From: Candidatus Chisholmbacteria bacterium RIFCSPHIGHO2_01_FULL_52_32
GTDB taxonomy: Bacteria > Patescibacteriota > Microgenomatia > UBA1400 > Chisholmbacteraceae
Direction of reading: 5' to 3'
NCBI GenBank assembly: GCA_001816585.1
Contig: MHCJ01000003.1
Span: 778,681-842,680 of the forward strand
DNA length: 64,000 bases
Shown here: positions 27,616-37,194 of the stretch, piece after piece
Position numbering within the stretch: the first letter of the stretch is position 1
Layout: each line of letters begins with the position of its first letter
Notes under the pieces: model-generated
What the model was told of the DNA's origin: nothing
The model's input: the letters and a program-made list of their open reading frames with translations, nothing else
The model's database searches: none
Translations under genes and position numbers: made by a program

Positions 27616-29709
27616 TTATTCCTCGGAGGCAATGTGTTGGCGGGCAATGAAGGCGCTCGCGTTCTGAATTAGAACCTCTCGTGGCTTGGATCCGTCTTGC
27701 GGACCCACAACGCCGGCATGCTCGAGTTGATCGAGTACCCTTGCAGCGCGTGAATATCCAATTGAAAGCCGCCGTTGTAATAACGAGGCTGAGGCGCGAT
27801 CGTATTCGCAGACTACCCGAACTGCTTCTTCGAATAGAGAATCTTTTTCCTGATCTCCAATATCTGCCGTCTGGGGTCTTGCCTTATATTTTGTGGTTAC
27901 CTCTTCGGTGTATTGCGGCTTTTGTCCACTTCTCCTTAAGAACTCAATGAGTTTCTGGATTTCCGCTTCTGAAACATAGGTACCTTGGATTCTGGTTGGT
28001 TTTGCTTGTTCTGGAGGAATGTAGAGCATATCCCCTCTTCCGAGCAACTTCTCCGCTCCAGGCATGTCGATGATGACCCTTGAGTCGACCATGCTGGTTA
28101 CGTTAAAGGCGATTCGACAAGGAATATTGGCTTTAATAAGCCCGGTTATGACGTCAACTGACGGGCGCTGGGTGGCAACAATCAAATGGATACCGGTTGC
28201 CCTAGCCATTTGGGCTAACCTTGTAATGGCATCTTCAACATCAGAAGGTGCGAAGAGGATAATATCGGCAAGCTCATCAATGATGATGACGATGTAAGGC
28301 AACGCTTGGAATCCCGACATTTCATTGTACCCTTCGATGTTGCGGGCGCCGACTTCGGCAAACATCTTGTATCGTTTTTCCATTTGTGCGATGGCCCATT
28401 TCAGGGCCGAAACTACCTTTTCGGGCTCAACAATAACGGGAGTCAAGAGGTGTGGAATTCCGTTGTACAATGTCAGTTCTACTCGCTTGGGGTCGACCAA
28501 GATAAATTTCACCTCCGAGGGCGATGCGCGATACAGCATTGTTGCGATGAAGGAGTTTATCGAGACGGATTTTCCACTCCCGGTTGCTCCGGCAATCAAT
28601 ACATGGGGCATGCGTCCGATATCCGCGACGACCGCTGTTCCTGATACGTCCAATCCTAGCGCAACGGAGAGGACCGATTTTGCCTTTTTTATCTGATCAG
28701 AAACAAGCATCTTTTTGAGGGTCACAAACTCGGGGGTTCGGTTTGGAATTTCCACTCCAACGAGGGCTCTGCCCGGGATGGGAGCTTCTATACGAATTTG
28801 GCCGGTAGGGGCCGCAAGGGCAAGGGCCAAGTCATTTTGGAGGGCTGTAATTTTCGATAGCTTTGTGCCCAGGGATATCTCCAGCGCGTACTGCGTTACC
28901 GCAGGTCCGGTGTTGACTTCAACCACGCGAGCTTGAATCCCAAAGGAATCCAAGGTTTGTTCGATGATCGCTGCATTTCCCTTGACATCTCCACGGTCCG
29001 CTTTTGCACCTACGGAATCGCTTAAAAGATCAAGCGGGGGATACTCCCAAACTTCCTGCTGCGGTCCCGGTGCGTTAGTCACAATTTGGGTTCCCAATTC
29101 TTCCTCTTCCCTTTCCTTCTCCTCCCGCTTTGCCTCGCCCATTTTGGGCCTCCGTTCTTCTTCCATGCCGCGAATCTTTATTTCCGTCTGAGCAAGGTAG
29201 GCCGGCCTCCGTTTTTGGCTCGAGAGCTTCGGCAGCTTTCTTAAAAGCTTTGTTACCGTTAGTAAAATTTCATCAAAAGGGGTTTCTGTAAAGATAATAA
29301 AGCCGATCGCAACACTTCCCAAAAGAATGATCACGGCTCCCGGCTTTGAGATGAGAGCCGCGATGTTCAGCCAAAGCTCCTTACCAATGTTACCGGCGCC
29401 CGTCAAGGCCATTGCCGAAATAATGAATAAGAGATTTCCCAAAAACACGTTCGGTTTGGTCACTTTCCATTTCAATTGGGTAAGCATTAAGCCCGCCGCG
29501 ATAATGAGAAACGGGATGAGAAGTGAGGTCCAGCCAAATTGCATTGTGAGGAATGTATTTATGCGATCGAGAAGCACTCCTTGACGGGAAAAGGAAATAA
29601 TGAGAAGTACACCTAGGGAAATCAACAGCACGCTTGCGATTGAATAGAGCGTGTCTTTGCGGAGTTTGAGTTTGAATGGCGCGCGGCGCCGACCTCGTTT
29701 TCTTCCCAT
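27616..29709 (-). CDS. ftsK: DNA translocase FtsK/SpoIIIE
   Basis: N-terminal polytopic TM, Walker A GATGSGKSV, C-terminal gamma winged-helix (..LLQRRLSIGYSRAARVLDQLE..). Confidence 0.9.
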   Translation of the reverse strand: MGRKRGRRRAPFKLKLRKDTLYSIASVLLISLGVLLIISFSRQGVLLDRINTFLTMQFGWTSLLIPFLIIAAGLMLTQLKWKVTKPNVFLGNLLFIISAMALTGAGNIGKELWLNIAALISKPGAVIILLGSVAIGFIIFTETPFDEILLTVTKLLRKLPKLSSQKRRPAYLAQTEIKIRGMEEERRPKMGEAKREEKEREEEELGTQIVTNAPGPQQEVWEYPPLDLLSDSVGAKADRGDVKGNAAIIEQTLDSFGIQARVVEVNTGPAVTQYALEISLGTKLSKITALQNDLALALAAPTGQIRIEAPIPGRALVGVEIPNRTPEFVTLKKMLVSDQIKKAKSVLSVALGLDVSGTAVVADIGRMPHVLIAGATGSGKSVSINSFIATMLYRASPSEVKFILVDPKRVELTLYNGIPHLLTPVIVEPEKVVSALKWAIAQMEKRYKMFAEVGARNIEGYNEMSGFQALPYIVIIIDELADIILFAPSDVEDAITRLAQMARATGIHLIVATQRPSVDVITGLIKANIPCRIAFNVTSMVDSRVIIDMPGAEKLLGRGDMLYIPPEQAKPTRIQGTYVSEAEIQKLIEFLRRSGQKPQYTEEVTTKYKARPQTADIGDQEKDSLFEEAVRVVCEYDRASASLLQRRLSIGYSRAARVLDQLEHAGVVGPQDGSKPREVLIQNASAFIARQHIASEE

Positions 29710-29827
29710 GGTTAAACTTTTTTGAGCACGGCCTTATTTACCATCTTAAAACCATCTTAACCTGACGGAAATCATTATAGCAGCTTGGGGAGTTTTTGGT
29801 GTAATTGCTTCTTATGCTCTAGCACCG

Positions 29828-31480
29828 TTACATCCGGAAGATGATGGGAATGATCATGGGATAGCGTTCGAGTTCCTGAAGAAAGAGCTTTTCAAGCGCA
29901 GCCTTGATCCTGTCTTTGACTGTTCTCCACTCCTTGATTGGCGTTCGGAACTCCCGCAATGTGCTTGCGACTGTACCTTTGGCCTTTTCTAACAATGCTC
30001 CGGATTCTTTCATATAGACCAGCCCCCGGGAGATGATCTCCACACTGCCGGAGATTTGGCTAGTTTGCGCATCAACGGGTATGATGACCACGAGAATTCC
30101 TTCTTCCGACATCTGTTTCCGGTCCCTCAGAACCACTTTCCCAACATCTCCTATCCCCAGTCCATCAACCATGATATTTTTTAATGGGATGGTTTCTCCG
30201 ATTCGCGCTTCCCGTCGGCCTTTTACCTCAATCGTCTGTCCTTCCTCAAGGAGAAAGACTTTATCCTGGGCGTAGCCCATCCTTGAAGCGAGCTTTCTGT
30301 ATTGCACCATATGCCGATAGGTTCCTCCAATTGGGACCAGGTAATCCGGCCTCACGAGTTCCATGAGAAGCATCAATTCTCCTTGTGAACCATGCCCGGA
30401 AACGTGCAGCTCCCCGTTATCTTCAACATCGGCGTAGATTACCTCTGCCCCTTGGTGAGAAAAGGCGTCAATCGTCTCGTACACGGCTCGTTCATTCCCA
30501 GGAATGGCATCGGAGGAGAAGATGATTTTGTCCGTCGGGCGTACCTTGATGTTTTCGTGCTCTCCCTGTGCAGCGCGAACAAGTGCAGATCCTGGTTGGC
30601 CCTGACTTCCGGCAACGATGAGGCAAAGTTTGTCGTCTGGGACATGGCTTATTTTCTTTTTCCACACCAGCGCTTGACTTGGAAGTGTGAGGTAGCCAAG
30701 TTCCTCGGCAACGCGCACATTCTCCTCGATCGATCTGCCAAAGAGGGCAACACGACGCCCGAATTTTATCGCTGCATCAACCGCCTGCTGTATGCGATGG
30801 ACATTACTTGACATGATCGTGAAGATCACTTTGCCTTTGACGTCTCGGATTTCTGACTCTAGCCGTTGGCTCAAGGTTGATTCTGAGGGAGAAAATCCGA
30901 ACCGCTCACTTCTCAAACAGTCCGAGAGCATAAGGGTTACTCCGCGACGACCCATGGTGGCGATCTTTTGGAATTCTGGGCGGATGTTATCGACCGGCGT
31001 GAGATCGAATTTGAAATCGGACCCGTGATAGATGCTTGCTTCCGGTGTTGTGATAAAGAAATGCCGCGCATCGGGTACGGAGTGCGTTACCCGAATGGAC
31101 TCAATGATGAACTGTCCGAGCCTCACTCCTCGCTCGTCGTCGATGATCGTGAGCTTCCGATTCATCCCAAATTCCTTCATTCTCTGCGCGGCGAATGCCG
31201 CGGTAAGCCGGGAAGCATACATCGGAAACTCGGGAAGCTTGGGAAGGATGTACGGAAGACCGGCGATATGATCATCGTGTCCATGCGTCAGGAGCATTCC
31301 GACAATTCGCTTTTTGGAATTTTCTAGGTATGTTGTGTCTGGAATGAGGAGATCTACTCCCAGCATCGTCTCATCTGGGAAACCAATACCACAGTCAACC
31401 AATAAGATTTCCTCATCGGTCTCATACATGAACATGTTCTTGGTGACACTCATTCCACCAAGCGGGATGATCTTTACCAT
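29828..31480 (-). CDS. rnj: Ribonuclease J (metallo-beta-lactamase / beta-CASP)
   Basis: HGHDDH motif (LTHGHDDHIAGLPY), 550 aa. Confidence 0.9.
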   Translation of the reverse strand: MVKIIPLGGMSVTKNMFMYETDEEILLVDCGIGFPDETMLGVDLLIPDTTYLENSKKRIVGMLLTHGHDDHIAGLPYILPKLPEFPMYASRLTAAFAAQRMKEFGMNRKLTIIDDERGVRLGQFIIESIRVTHSVPDARHFFITTPEASIYHGSDFKFDLTPVDNIRPEFQKIATMGRRGVTLMLSDCLRSERFGFSPSESTLSQRLESEIRDVKGKVIFTIMSSNVHRIQQAVDAAIKFGRRVALFGRSIEENVRVAEELGYLTLPSQALVWKKKISHVPDDKLCLIVAGSQGQPGSALVRAAQGEHENIKVRPTDKIIFSSDAIPGNERAVYETIDAFSHQGAEVIYADVEDNGELHVSGHGSQGELMLLMELVRPDYLVPIGGTYRHMVQYRKLASRMGYAQDKVFLLEEGQTIEVKGRREARIGETIPLKNIMVDGLGIGDVGKVVLRDRKQMSEEGILVVIIPVDAQTSQISGSVEIISRGLVYMKESGALLEKAKGTVASTLREFRTPIKEWRTVKDRIKAALEKLFLQELERYPMIIPIIFRM

Positions 31481-31571
31481 ACAAGCATAGAATACAGGTT
31501 AATAGTTCAACGTTACAAGTAAAAAGTTATCTATTTTCCCTTCAATTTGTCTATTGTCTTCCTCCTGATCA

Positions 31572-32228
31572 TTAGAGGAGGGTTAATTGAAGGTTTGTTT
31601 GGTTCTCTTCAGATATTGCCGTTTTGTCATCCGTATTCCCGGGTTCACTTTGTTTTATTAAAGTCTGTAAAACGTTTGCTAATTTCACAAAATCAGCCTT
31701 ATATGCTTCCATTATCTTTTGGTTTCGCAGTGCAGCGGCTGGGTGGTACATCGGAAAGATGATAATCTTTCGCCCTTTCCATTCCACCCGATGGGCCTGG
31801 CCATGGATCCTGGTGATATAGACATCAGGAATGAATTTTCCCATACTGAATCTCCCTAGTGTTGCGATAATCTTTGGTTTAATTATTTGAATTTCCTCAT
31901 CAAGGTATGTCCTGTACGCTTCTATTTCTTCTGGAAGCGGATCTCTGTTCTGAGGAGGTCTTACCTTAAGGATATTTGATATCCAGACGTCCTCCCGCTT
32001 CAAGCCGTTCTCTTCGAGTGATCGGGTCAAGAGCTTTCCAGCCGGACCTACGAATGGTCTTCTTTCGACATGCTCATGATAGCCGGCTGCTTCACCGATG
32101 AACATAAGCTGCGCCTGCGGGTTACCTTCTGCGGGAACAATGTCCTTTACGCTCCTGGCAAGGGGAAGACTCTGGGCATCACTTTCCAGTCTTTCCATTA
32201 CCTTTTGTAATTCCTGTTTGTTGGTCAT
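31572..32228 (-). CDS. Uracil-DNA glycosylase, family 4
   Basis: FIGEAAG...RPFVGPAGKLL and HPAA motifs typical of family-4 UDG. Confidence 0.8.
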   Translation of the reverse strand: MTNKQELQKVMERLESDAQSLPLARSVKDIVPAEGNPQAQLMFIGEAAGYHEHVERRPFVGPAGKLLTRSLEENGLKREDVWISNILKVRPPQNRDPLPEEIEAYRTYLDEEIQIIKPKIIATLGRFSMGKFIPDVYITRIHGQAHRVEWKGRKIIIFPMYHPAAALRNQKIMEAYKADFVKLANVLQTLIKQSEPGNTDDKTAISEENQTNLQLTLL

Positions 32229-32269
32229 GCTTCGGATTATTCCTCTTTTCAGTTTCTTTTTTCTTTCCG

Positions 32270-33325
32270 TTACACCTTCGGGATGTATTCTGAAATGTTT
32301 GCCTCAGTAAGATGCAATGTTTTTGTTTCTCCTTCAACGATCTGCTTTGCCACCTTGCGGGTTATTCCCTGGATGTTACGCTGTAGAGTTCGGATTCCTG
32401 CATCGAATCCCAGGGGCCGCACAATTTTTGGCCAGAGTTCGTCATCGATTTGAAGGTTTTCTGCGGTAATCCCAGACTCCGCCATCGCTTCAGGTAAGAG
32501 GTATTGCCGTCCGATGTGAATCTTTTCGTCATCACTGTATGCCGGCATGCTAATCGGTTCAAGCCTATCCATGACGGCCGTTGCGATGTTGGTGGTGTTG
32601 TTCGCGGTGGTGACGAATAACGCTTCCGAGAGATCAAAGGGAAAGTCAATATAATGATCGACAAAGGCGTAATTCTGTTCCGGATCTAAAAGCTCCACGA
32701 GGACGCCCATGATGTCCGAGCGGGCTTCTTCGGAAACCCGATCAATTTCATCCAAGAGAATCACGGGGTTTTTCACCTTGGCTCGACGTAAGGCTTTGAT
32801 GACGTAACCCGGTTCCGCTTCCGGATACTGACGGGATTGCCCGCGCAGATCCCGCGCTGAACCCATTCCACCAAAGGGAATACGTGCAAATGGCCTTCCC
32901 GTTGCTTCCGCAATCGAATAGGCAAAGGTAGTCTTTCCGGTACCTACCAATCCCACCAGACAAAGAATCGGGGCATGGACCCGCTCTTCTTCTTTGTGTT
33001 TCTCGGATTTTAATTTTAATACCGCGAGGTATTCAATGATCCGTTCCTTCACCTCCTTTAATCCGAAGTGGTTCTTGTCAAAGATCTCGCGGGCTCTATT
33101 TAAATCCAGTACAGATTCGTTCTTTGCATTCCAGGGTAAATTGGCGACCCAGTCAATGTAATGGGTCACCCGATCATATTCGAGTGAATATCCTTCTGTC
33201 TGGGCAACCCTTTTCAGGCGATCCAGTTGTTTCTCTATTTCGAGGGAAAGCTCTTTGGGAAGCTCAGCTTTTTCGATTCTTATCCGAAGAGACTCAATTT
33301 CCTTTGCGAGCGGCTCCTCAACCAT
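32270..33325 (-). CDS. Lon-family AAA+ ATPase module without LAN N-domain and without S16 peptidase domain
   Basis: ..HYIDWVANLPWNAKNE..DHFGLKEVKERIIEYLAV.. then Walker A GLVGTGKTT and Walker B ILLDEIDR; ends (..LTEANISEYIPKV) exactly at the Lon AAA+/protease boundary; next gene is UDG. Confidence 0.7.
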   Translation of the reverse strand: MVEEPLAKEIESLRIRIEKAELPKELSLEIEKQLDRLKRVAQTEGYSLEYDRVTHYIDWVANLPWNAKNESVLDLNRAREIFDKNHFGLKEVKERIIEYLAVLKLKSEKHKEEERVHAPILCLVGLVGTGKTTFAYSIAEATGRPFARIPFGGMGSARDLRGQSRQYPEAEPGYVIKALRRAKVKNPVILLDEIDRVSEEARSDIMGVLVELLDPEQNYAFVDHYIDFPFDLSEALFVTTANNTTNIATAVMDRLEPISMPAYSDDEKIHIGRQYLLPEAMAESGITAENLQIDDELWPKIVRPLGFDAGIRTLQRNIQGITRKVAKQIVEGETKTLHLTEANISEYIPKV

Positions 33326-33392
33326 CAGGTCCTCCAATGGGAATGAATGAAGTCATTATATCAGAGCTTTCAGTGATTAACTGGGGGTAGAT

Positions 33393-35672
33393 TTAGCGCC
33401 GATGAGGGTGAAAGGGCTTTCCGTGTTGACGGCCCTGAGGATGCTGCCACTGTTCTTTGGGGGAATTAAATCCCGGTTTTCTTTCGATTCCGGGGATACT
33501 TAAGTTTAATCTTCCCAGCTCGTCTATCTCTGCCACCTTCACCCTGAGCTTATCGCCGACTGACACCAGTTGGTTTGGATCGGAGACATATTCCTGCGAC
33601 ATCTTTGAGACATGAACCAATCCTTCTTTTCCCGGAAGGATTTCGACAAAAACTCCAAACGGTTGGACCCTTTTTACCACTCCATCAAATTCCTCTCCAA
33701 CCTGCACTTTTCGGGTGAGGCTCTCTATCCACTCTACTGCTTTCTTTATACCTTCGGCATCTGTTCCCGAGATGGTCACCGATCCATCGTCTTCAACATC
33801 AACGGCGGCCCCGGTTTCTGCAATGATTTTTCGAATCATCTTTCCTCCCGGACCGATGACCTCGCCGATTTGCTCCGGCGAGATCTTTAAAATTTCGACT
33901 CTCGGGGCATACTTCGACAATTGAGCTCGAGGGGATGGAAGAATGGAAAGTATTTTCTCAAGGATGAAGAGTCTCCCTTGCCTGGCTTGCTCGATCGCCT
34001 CGGCCAGGAGCTTTTCTGTAATCCCTTTCATTTTGACGTCCATTTGAATTGCTGTGATACCATCCTTGGTCCCTGCTATTTTAAAATCCATATCTCCAAT
34101 CTGATCCTCAAGGCCCTGGATGTCTGAGAGAATCGCGTATCTCTGTTTCTCCCCCATTCTCCCTTCGTAGATCAGACCCATTGCAATTCCTGCCACCGGT
34201 TTCTTCAACGGCACGCCAGCATCCATGAGAGAGAGGGTTGAGCCACAGACCGAAGCCATACTGGTTGATCCGTTACTTGAAAGGATCTCGGAGACAACCC
34301 GGATGGTGTAGGGAAATTCGTCCTCAGGAGGTATCATCGGTTCCAAAGCCCGTTCTGCGAGGGCTCCGTGCCCGATTTCTCTCCTTGAAGGCCAGCCCAG
34401 TCTCCCTACCTCTCCCACGCTAAAGGGGGGCATGTAGTAGTGATGCATGTAGCGTTTCGTACCCTCGCCCTCCATGGTTTCAATCCATTGCTCCAAGGAT
34501 GGCGCCGCAAGAGTAGTTATGGTTAAAGCCTGGGTTGTTCCTCTTTTAAACATTGCGGATCCGTGCGTGCGGGGGAGAAGGCTGACGTCGCCCGTGATTG
34601 GCCTTATTTCGTTCGTCTTCCTTCCATCGGGACGTTTCCCACTTCCAAGAATCATTTCTCTGGTTTTGTGCTTGACAAGCTTTACCAGCACGTCTTTTAC
34701 TTGCGTTTTACTCAATTCGGGTTCCTTTTCTGTGATCTGAAGCGTTACGGCATCGAAATCTGGTTCTCCCTGCTGTCCTTCTGGTTCCGTCAGCGTCTTT
34801 ACCAATTCCTTTGCATGCTGAGTCACTTTTTTCACAACTTCTGGATCTTCTTTCTTTTTCGGAATGGCTTGCTTTTTCTTCCCTACTTCTTTTACGAGCT
34901 TGTTTATCTCTTGAATGATTTTATTGATTTCGAGTCTGGCCGCCTCGAAAGCGCTTAGCAGGGTTTTCTCCGGTATCTCGTTGGCCCCTGCCTCCACCAT
35001 CATGATAGAGTCTTCTGTGGCGGAAACGACCAGATCAAGATCAGAGTATTCCCGTTCAAGGTGGGTGGGGTTTATGACAAAGTCCCCCTGGTTTGGTTTC
35101 TCTCCTTTTATGGGGTTTACTGGGCTTTGCTCGTCCTTCATTTCCTGATGAACCGTCTCAGGGTGTTGGGGGTTGGTGTTTTTCCCTTTGGGAATAAAGC
35201 CAACACGGACCGCGGCAAGTGGTCCGTCCCAGGGAATGTCGGAGATTGCCAGGGCTGCTGAAGTGGTAATGATTCCTAGGATGTCCGGATCGTTTTCGGC
35301 GTCCACAGATAGCACGGTGAGGATAACCTGGGTTTCGGCTGCATAGTTTTCCGGGAACAACGGGCGGATGCCTCGATCGACGAGCCTTGCATTGAGAATT
35401 GCATCGTCACTCGGCCTGCCCTCTCTCTTTACCCAGCGAGAGCCTTTAATCCTGCCTCCAGCGTAGAGTTTCTCCTGATATTCAACCGAGAGCGGGAAAT
35501 AACCCAGATCTTCTCTGATTCCTCCCGAAACCACGGTTGCCAAGATCATGGTATCACCATACCTCCCAAGCACTGCAGCGTTTGCCTGCTCGGCAAACCT
35601 TCCTACTTCAAGTTCGAGGGTTTTTCCTCCGATCTCAATTGTTTGTCGTACCACTTTATCCTGGCGTTCCAT
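33393..35672 (-). CDS. pnp: Polyribonucleotide nucleotidyltransferase (PNPase), with C-terminal extension
   Basis: Two RNase PH domains, KH, S1; ORF-track start 35678 is TTG, ATG at 35672 (MERQDKVV..). Confidence 0.95.
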   Translation of the reverse strand: MERQDKVVRQTIEIGGKTLELEVGRFAEQANAAVLGRYGDTMILATVVSGGIREDLGYFPLSVEYQEKLYAGGRIKGSRWVKREGRPSDDAILNARLVDRGIRPLFPENYAAETQVILTVLSVDAENDPDILGIITTSAALAISDIPWDGPLAAVRVGFIPKGKNTNPQHPETVHQEMKDEQSPVNPIKGEKPNQGDFVINPTHLEREYSDLDLVVSATEDSIMMVEAGANEIPEKTLLSAFEAARLEINKIIQEINKLVKEVGKKKQAIPKKKEDPEVVKKVTQHAKELVKTLTEPEGQQGEPDFDAVTLQITEKEPELSKTQVKDVLVKLVKHKTREMILGSGKRPDGRKTNEIRPITGDVSLLPRTHGSAMFKRGTTQALTITTLAAPSLEQWIETMEGEGTKRYMHHYYMPPFSVGEVGRLGWPSRREIGHGALAERALEPMIPPEDEFPYTIRVVSEILSSNGSTSMASVCGSTLSLMDAGVPLKKPVAGIAMGLIYEGRMGEKQRYAILSDIQGLEDQIGDMDFKIAGTKDGITAIQMDVKMKGITEKLLAEAIEQARQGRLFILEKILSILPSPRAQLSKYAPRVEILKISPEQIGEVIGPGGKMIRKIIAETGAAVDVEDDGSVTISGTDAEGIKKAVEWIESLTRKVQVGEEFDGVVKRVQPFGVFVEILPGKEGLVHVSKMSQEYVSDPNQLVSVGDKLRVKVAEIDELGRLNLSIPGIERKPGFNSPKEQWQHPQGRQHGKPFHPHRR

Positions 35673-35742
35673 AATCAATCCTGGGGAAGCTTTCTCTAGA
35701 GGAGGAAAGCTTGTTATACAGTTCTTTCTTTTTTACGGAGCT

Positions 35743-36012
35743 TTACTTGGAAAGTCCGAGTTTGTTTACGATCTCTTTGTACCGAGCTTCGTCCTTTTTG
35801 AGTAAGTAATGTAACAACCGTCGTCTCTTGGAAACCATCTTTAAGAGTCCCCTTCTTGAATGGTTATCTTTGGGGTGATCCTTGAGATGTCCAGTGAGTT
35901 GGCCGATGCTCTCTGATAGAAGTGCTACCTGAACTTCTGGGGAGCCCGTATCTCCCTTTCCGGTAGCGAACTTCTGAATGATTTTCTTTTTCTGATCTGC
36001 GGTGAGTGCCAT
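35743..36012 (-). CDS. rpsO: 30S ribosomal protein S15
   Basis: 89 aa canonical S15 (..[13 protein letters not shown]..). Confidence 0.95.
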   Translation of the reverse strand: MALTADQKKKIIQKFATGKGDTGSPEVQVALLSESIGQLTGHLKDHPKDNHSRRGLLKMVSKRRRLLHYLLKKDEARYKEIVNKLGLSK

Positions 36013-36060
36013 GGTTTGTATGGAGGTATTTTACCAAACTTTCTTTCTTCTCTAAAGAGG

Positions 36061-37194
36061 TCAGTCCACTTTCGATGAACCTTTATAGATTTTCGGCTTA
36101 TTAAGCCAGTCTGGCTGGGGTTTTACACTCTGCCAACTTCGACCATCCTTTATCCCCTGAATTCCCGGGGTTCCCGGCTGGGGATTTCGTGTTGCTCCTT
36201 CTCCATGGGTTGTCTGGGTTATCGGTTGTCTGAATTGTCTGGATTGATCTCCCGTATCCCTTGTCGGTTCCGGAAGAATACTCGAAGGGGTGGAGATGTC
36301 GCTCAAATTTAGTTCTGGTTCAGCTAAGCTTGTGGGAGCAATCCCTGGGGGGGCCTGTGGCACTGGTCCCTTTCCTTGAGGGACAAATCTTCCTTGGTCG
36401 CTTCGATCTTGAGAAAAAGCTGGAATTCCTCCTTGAACCCACGGTCTTGACGCGGGCATTGGTTGTGTGCGCCTGGCTCCGGAACGGAGAAGCTCTGCAA
36501 CTGTTTCAAAGGTCTCTGGTCCGGCAAATGGTGCCTGGAAATTCTGGGTTTGTGCTTCGATACCTTTGAGTAGGTTTCCCGCAATGTCCACATCCATCCG
36601 TAAGCCAAGCTGCTTTATCAGATTGAAGATCAGCTCGCAGATCGATCCTTGAGACGACTCCACGACGTTCACTTGGCCGAATTTGGTGTTTGCCTGCGAT
36701 TTGTCGATATTGATGACCGCGGCTTTGTTGAATGCTTCTCGTTCCTTCTCATAGAGCTCCCCCAAACCCTCCAGTCTCTGGGCACCAATCACGACTATCA
36801 CTTCTGCCTGAATGCCTTCGTAGGAAAATTCGACGCTTTTGGTATCCAGAGGAGGATATCCTGATTTCGGTTGGATGACGAGGTTAAATTTCCCGGCGTC
36901 GACGTTATAGCTTACCTTTTCAATGGAATCTTCCTTGTAGTCGAAGGCAATGGTGAGATTCCGGTTGCCGACTTTATCGGAGATCTGATCGATTCCTACC
37001 AGACGGTTGTACTCTACCCGCATCTTCGTCGGGCAGCCGATCACGACGCTTTTCCCCGTTTCCTTCAATGCCAGATACAGTCCCAGCCCGGCGGCCGTAG
37101 TATCGAGGCTTGGATTTCCAGGGATGAGAACAAAAATGCTCTTGGCACTGTCAAGAGCTTTCTTGATTTCCTCAAGATGTTCTTGGGCAATCAT
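36061..37194 (-). CDS. DHH-family (NrnA-like) homolog with degenerate catalytic motifs plus Pro/Gln/Gly-rich low-complexity C-terminal tail
   Basis: N-terminal about 230 aa align to NrnA, but motif I DxD reads SLDTT and DHH reads FDY; the last about 140 aa are low-complexity P/Q/G-rich; ATGA overlap with the infB stop. Confidence 0.45.
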   Translation of the reverse strand: MIAQEHLEEIKKALDSAKSIFVLIPGNPSLDTTAAGLGLYLALKETGKSVVIGCPTKMRVEYNRLVGIDQISDKVGNRNLTIAFDYKEDSIEKVSYNVDAGKFNLVIQPKSGYPPLDTKSVEFSYEGIQAEVIVVIGAQRLEGLGELYEKEREAFNKAAVINIDKSQANTKFGQVNVVESSQGSICELIFNLIKQLGLRMDVDIAGNLLKGIEAQTQNFQAPFAGPETFETVAELLRSGARRTQPMPASRPWVQGGIPAFSQDRSDQGRFVPQGKGPVPQAPPGIAPTSLAEPELNLSDISTPSSILPEPTRDTGDQSRQFRQPITQTTHGEGATRNPQPGTPGIQGIKDGRSWQSVKPQPDWLNKPKIYKGSSKVD

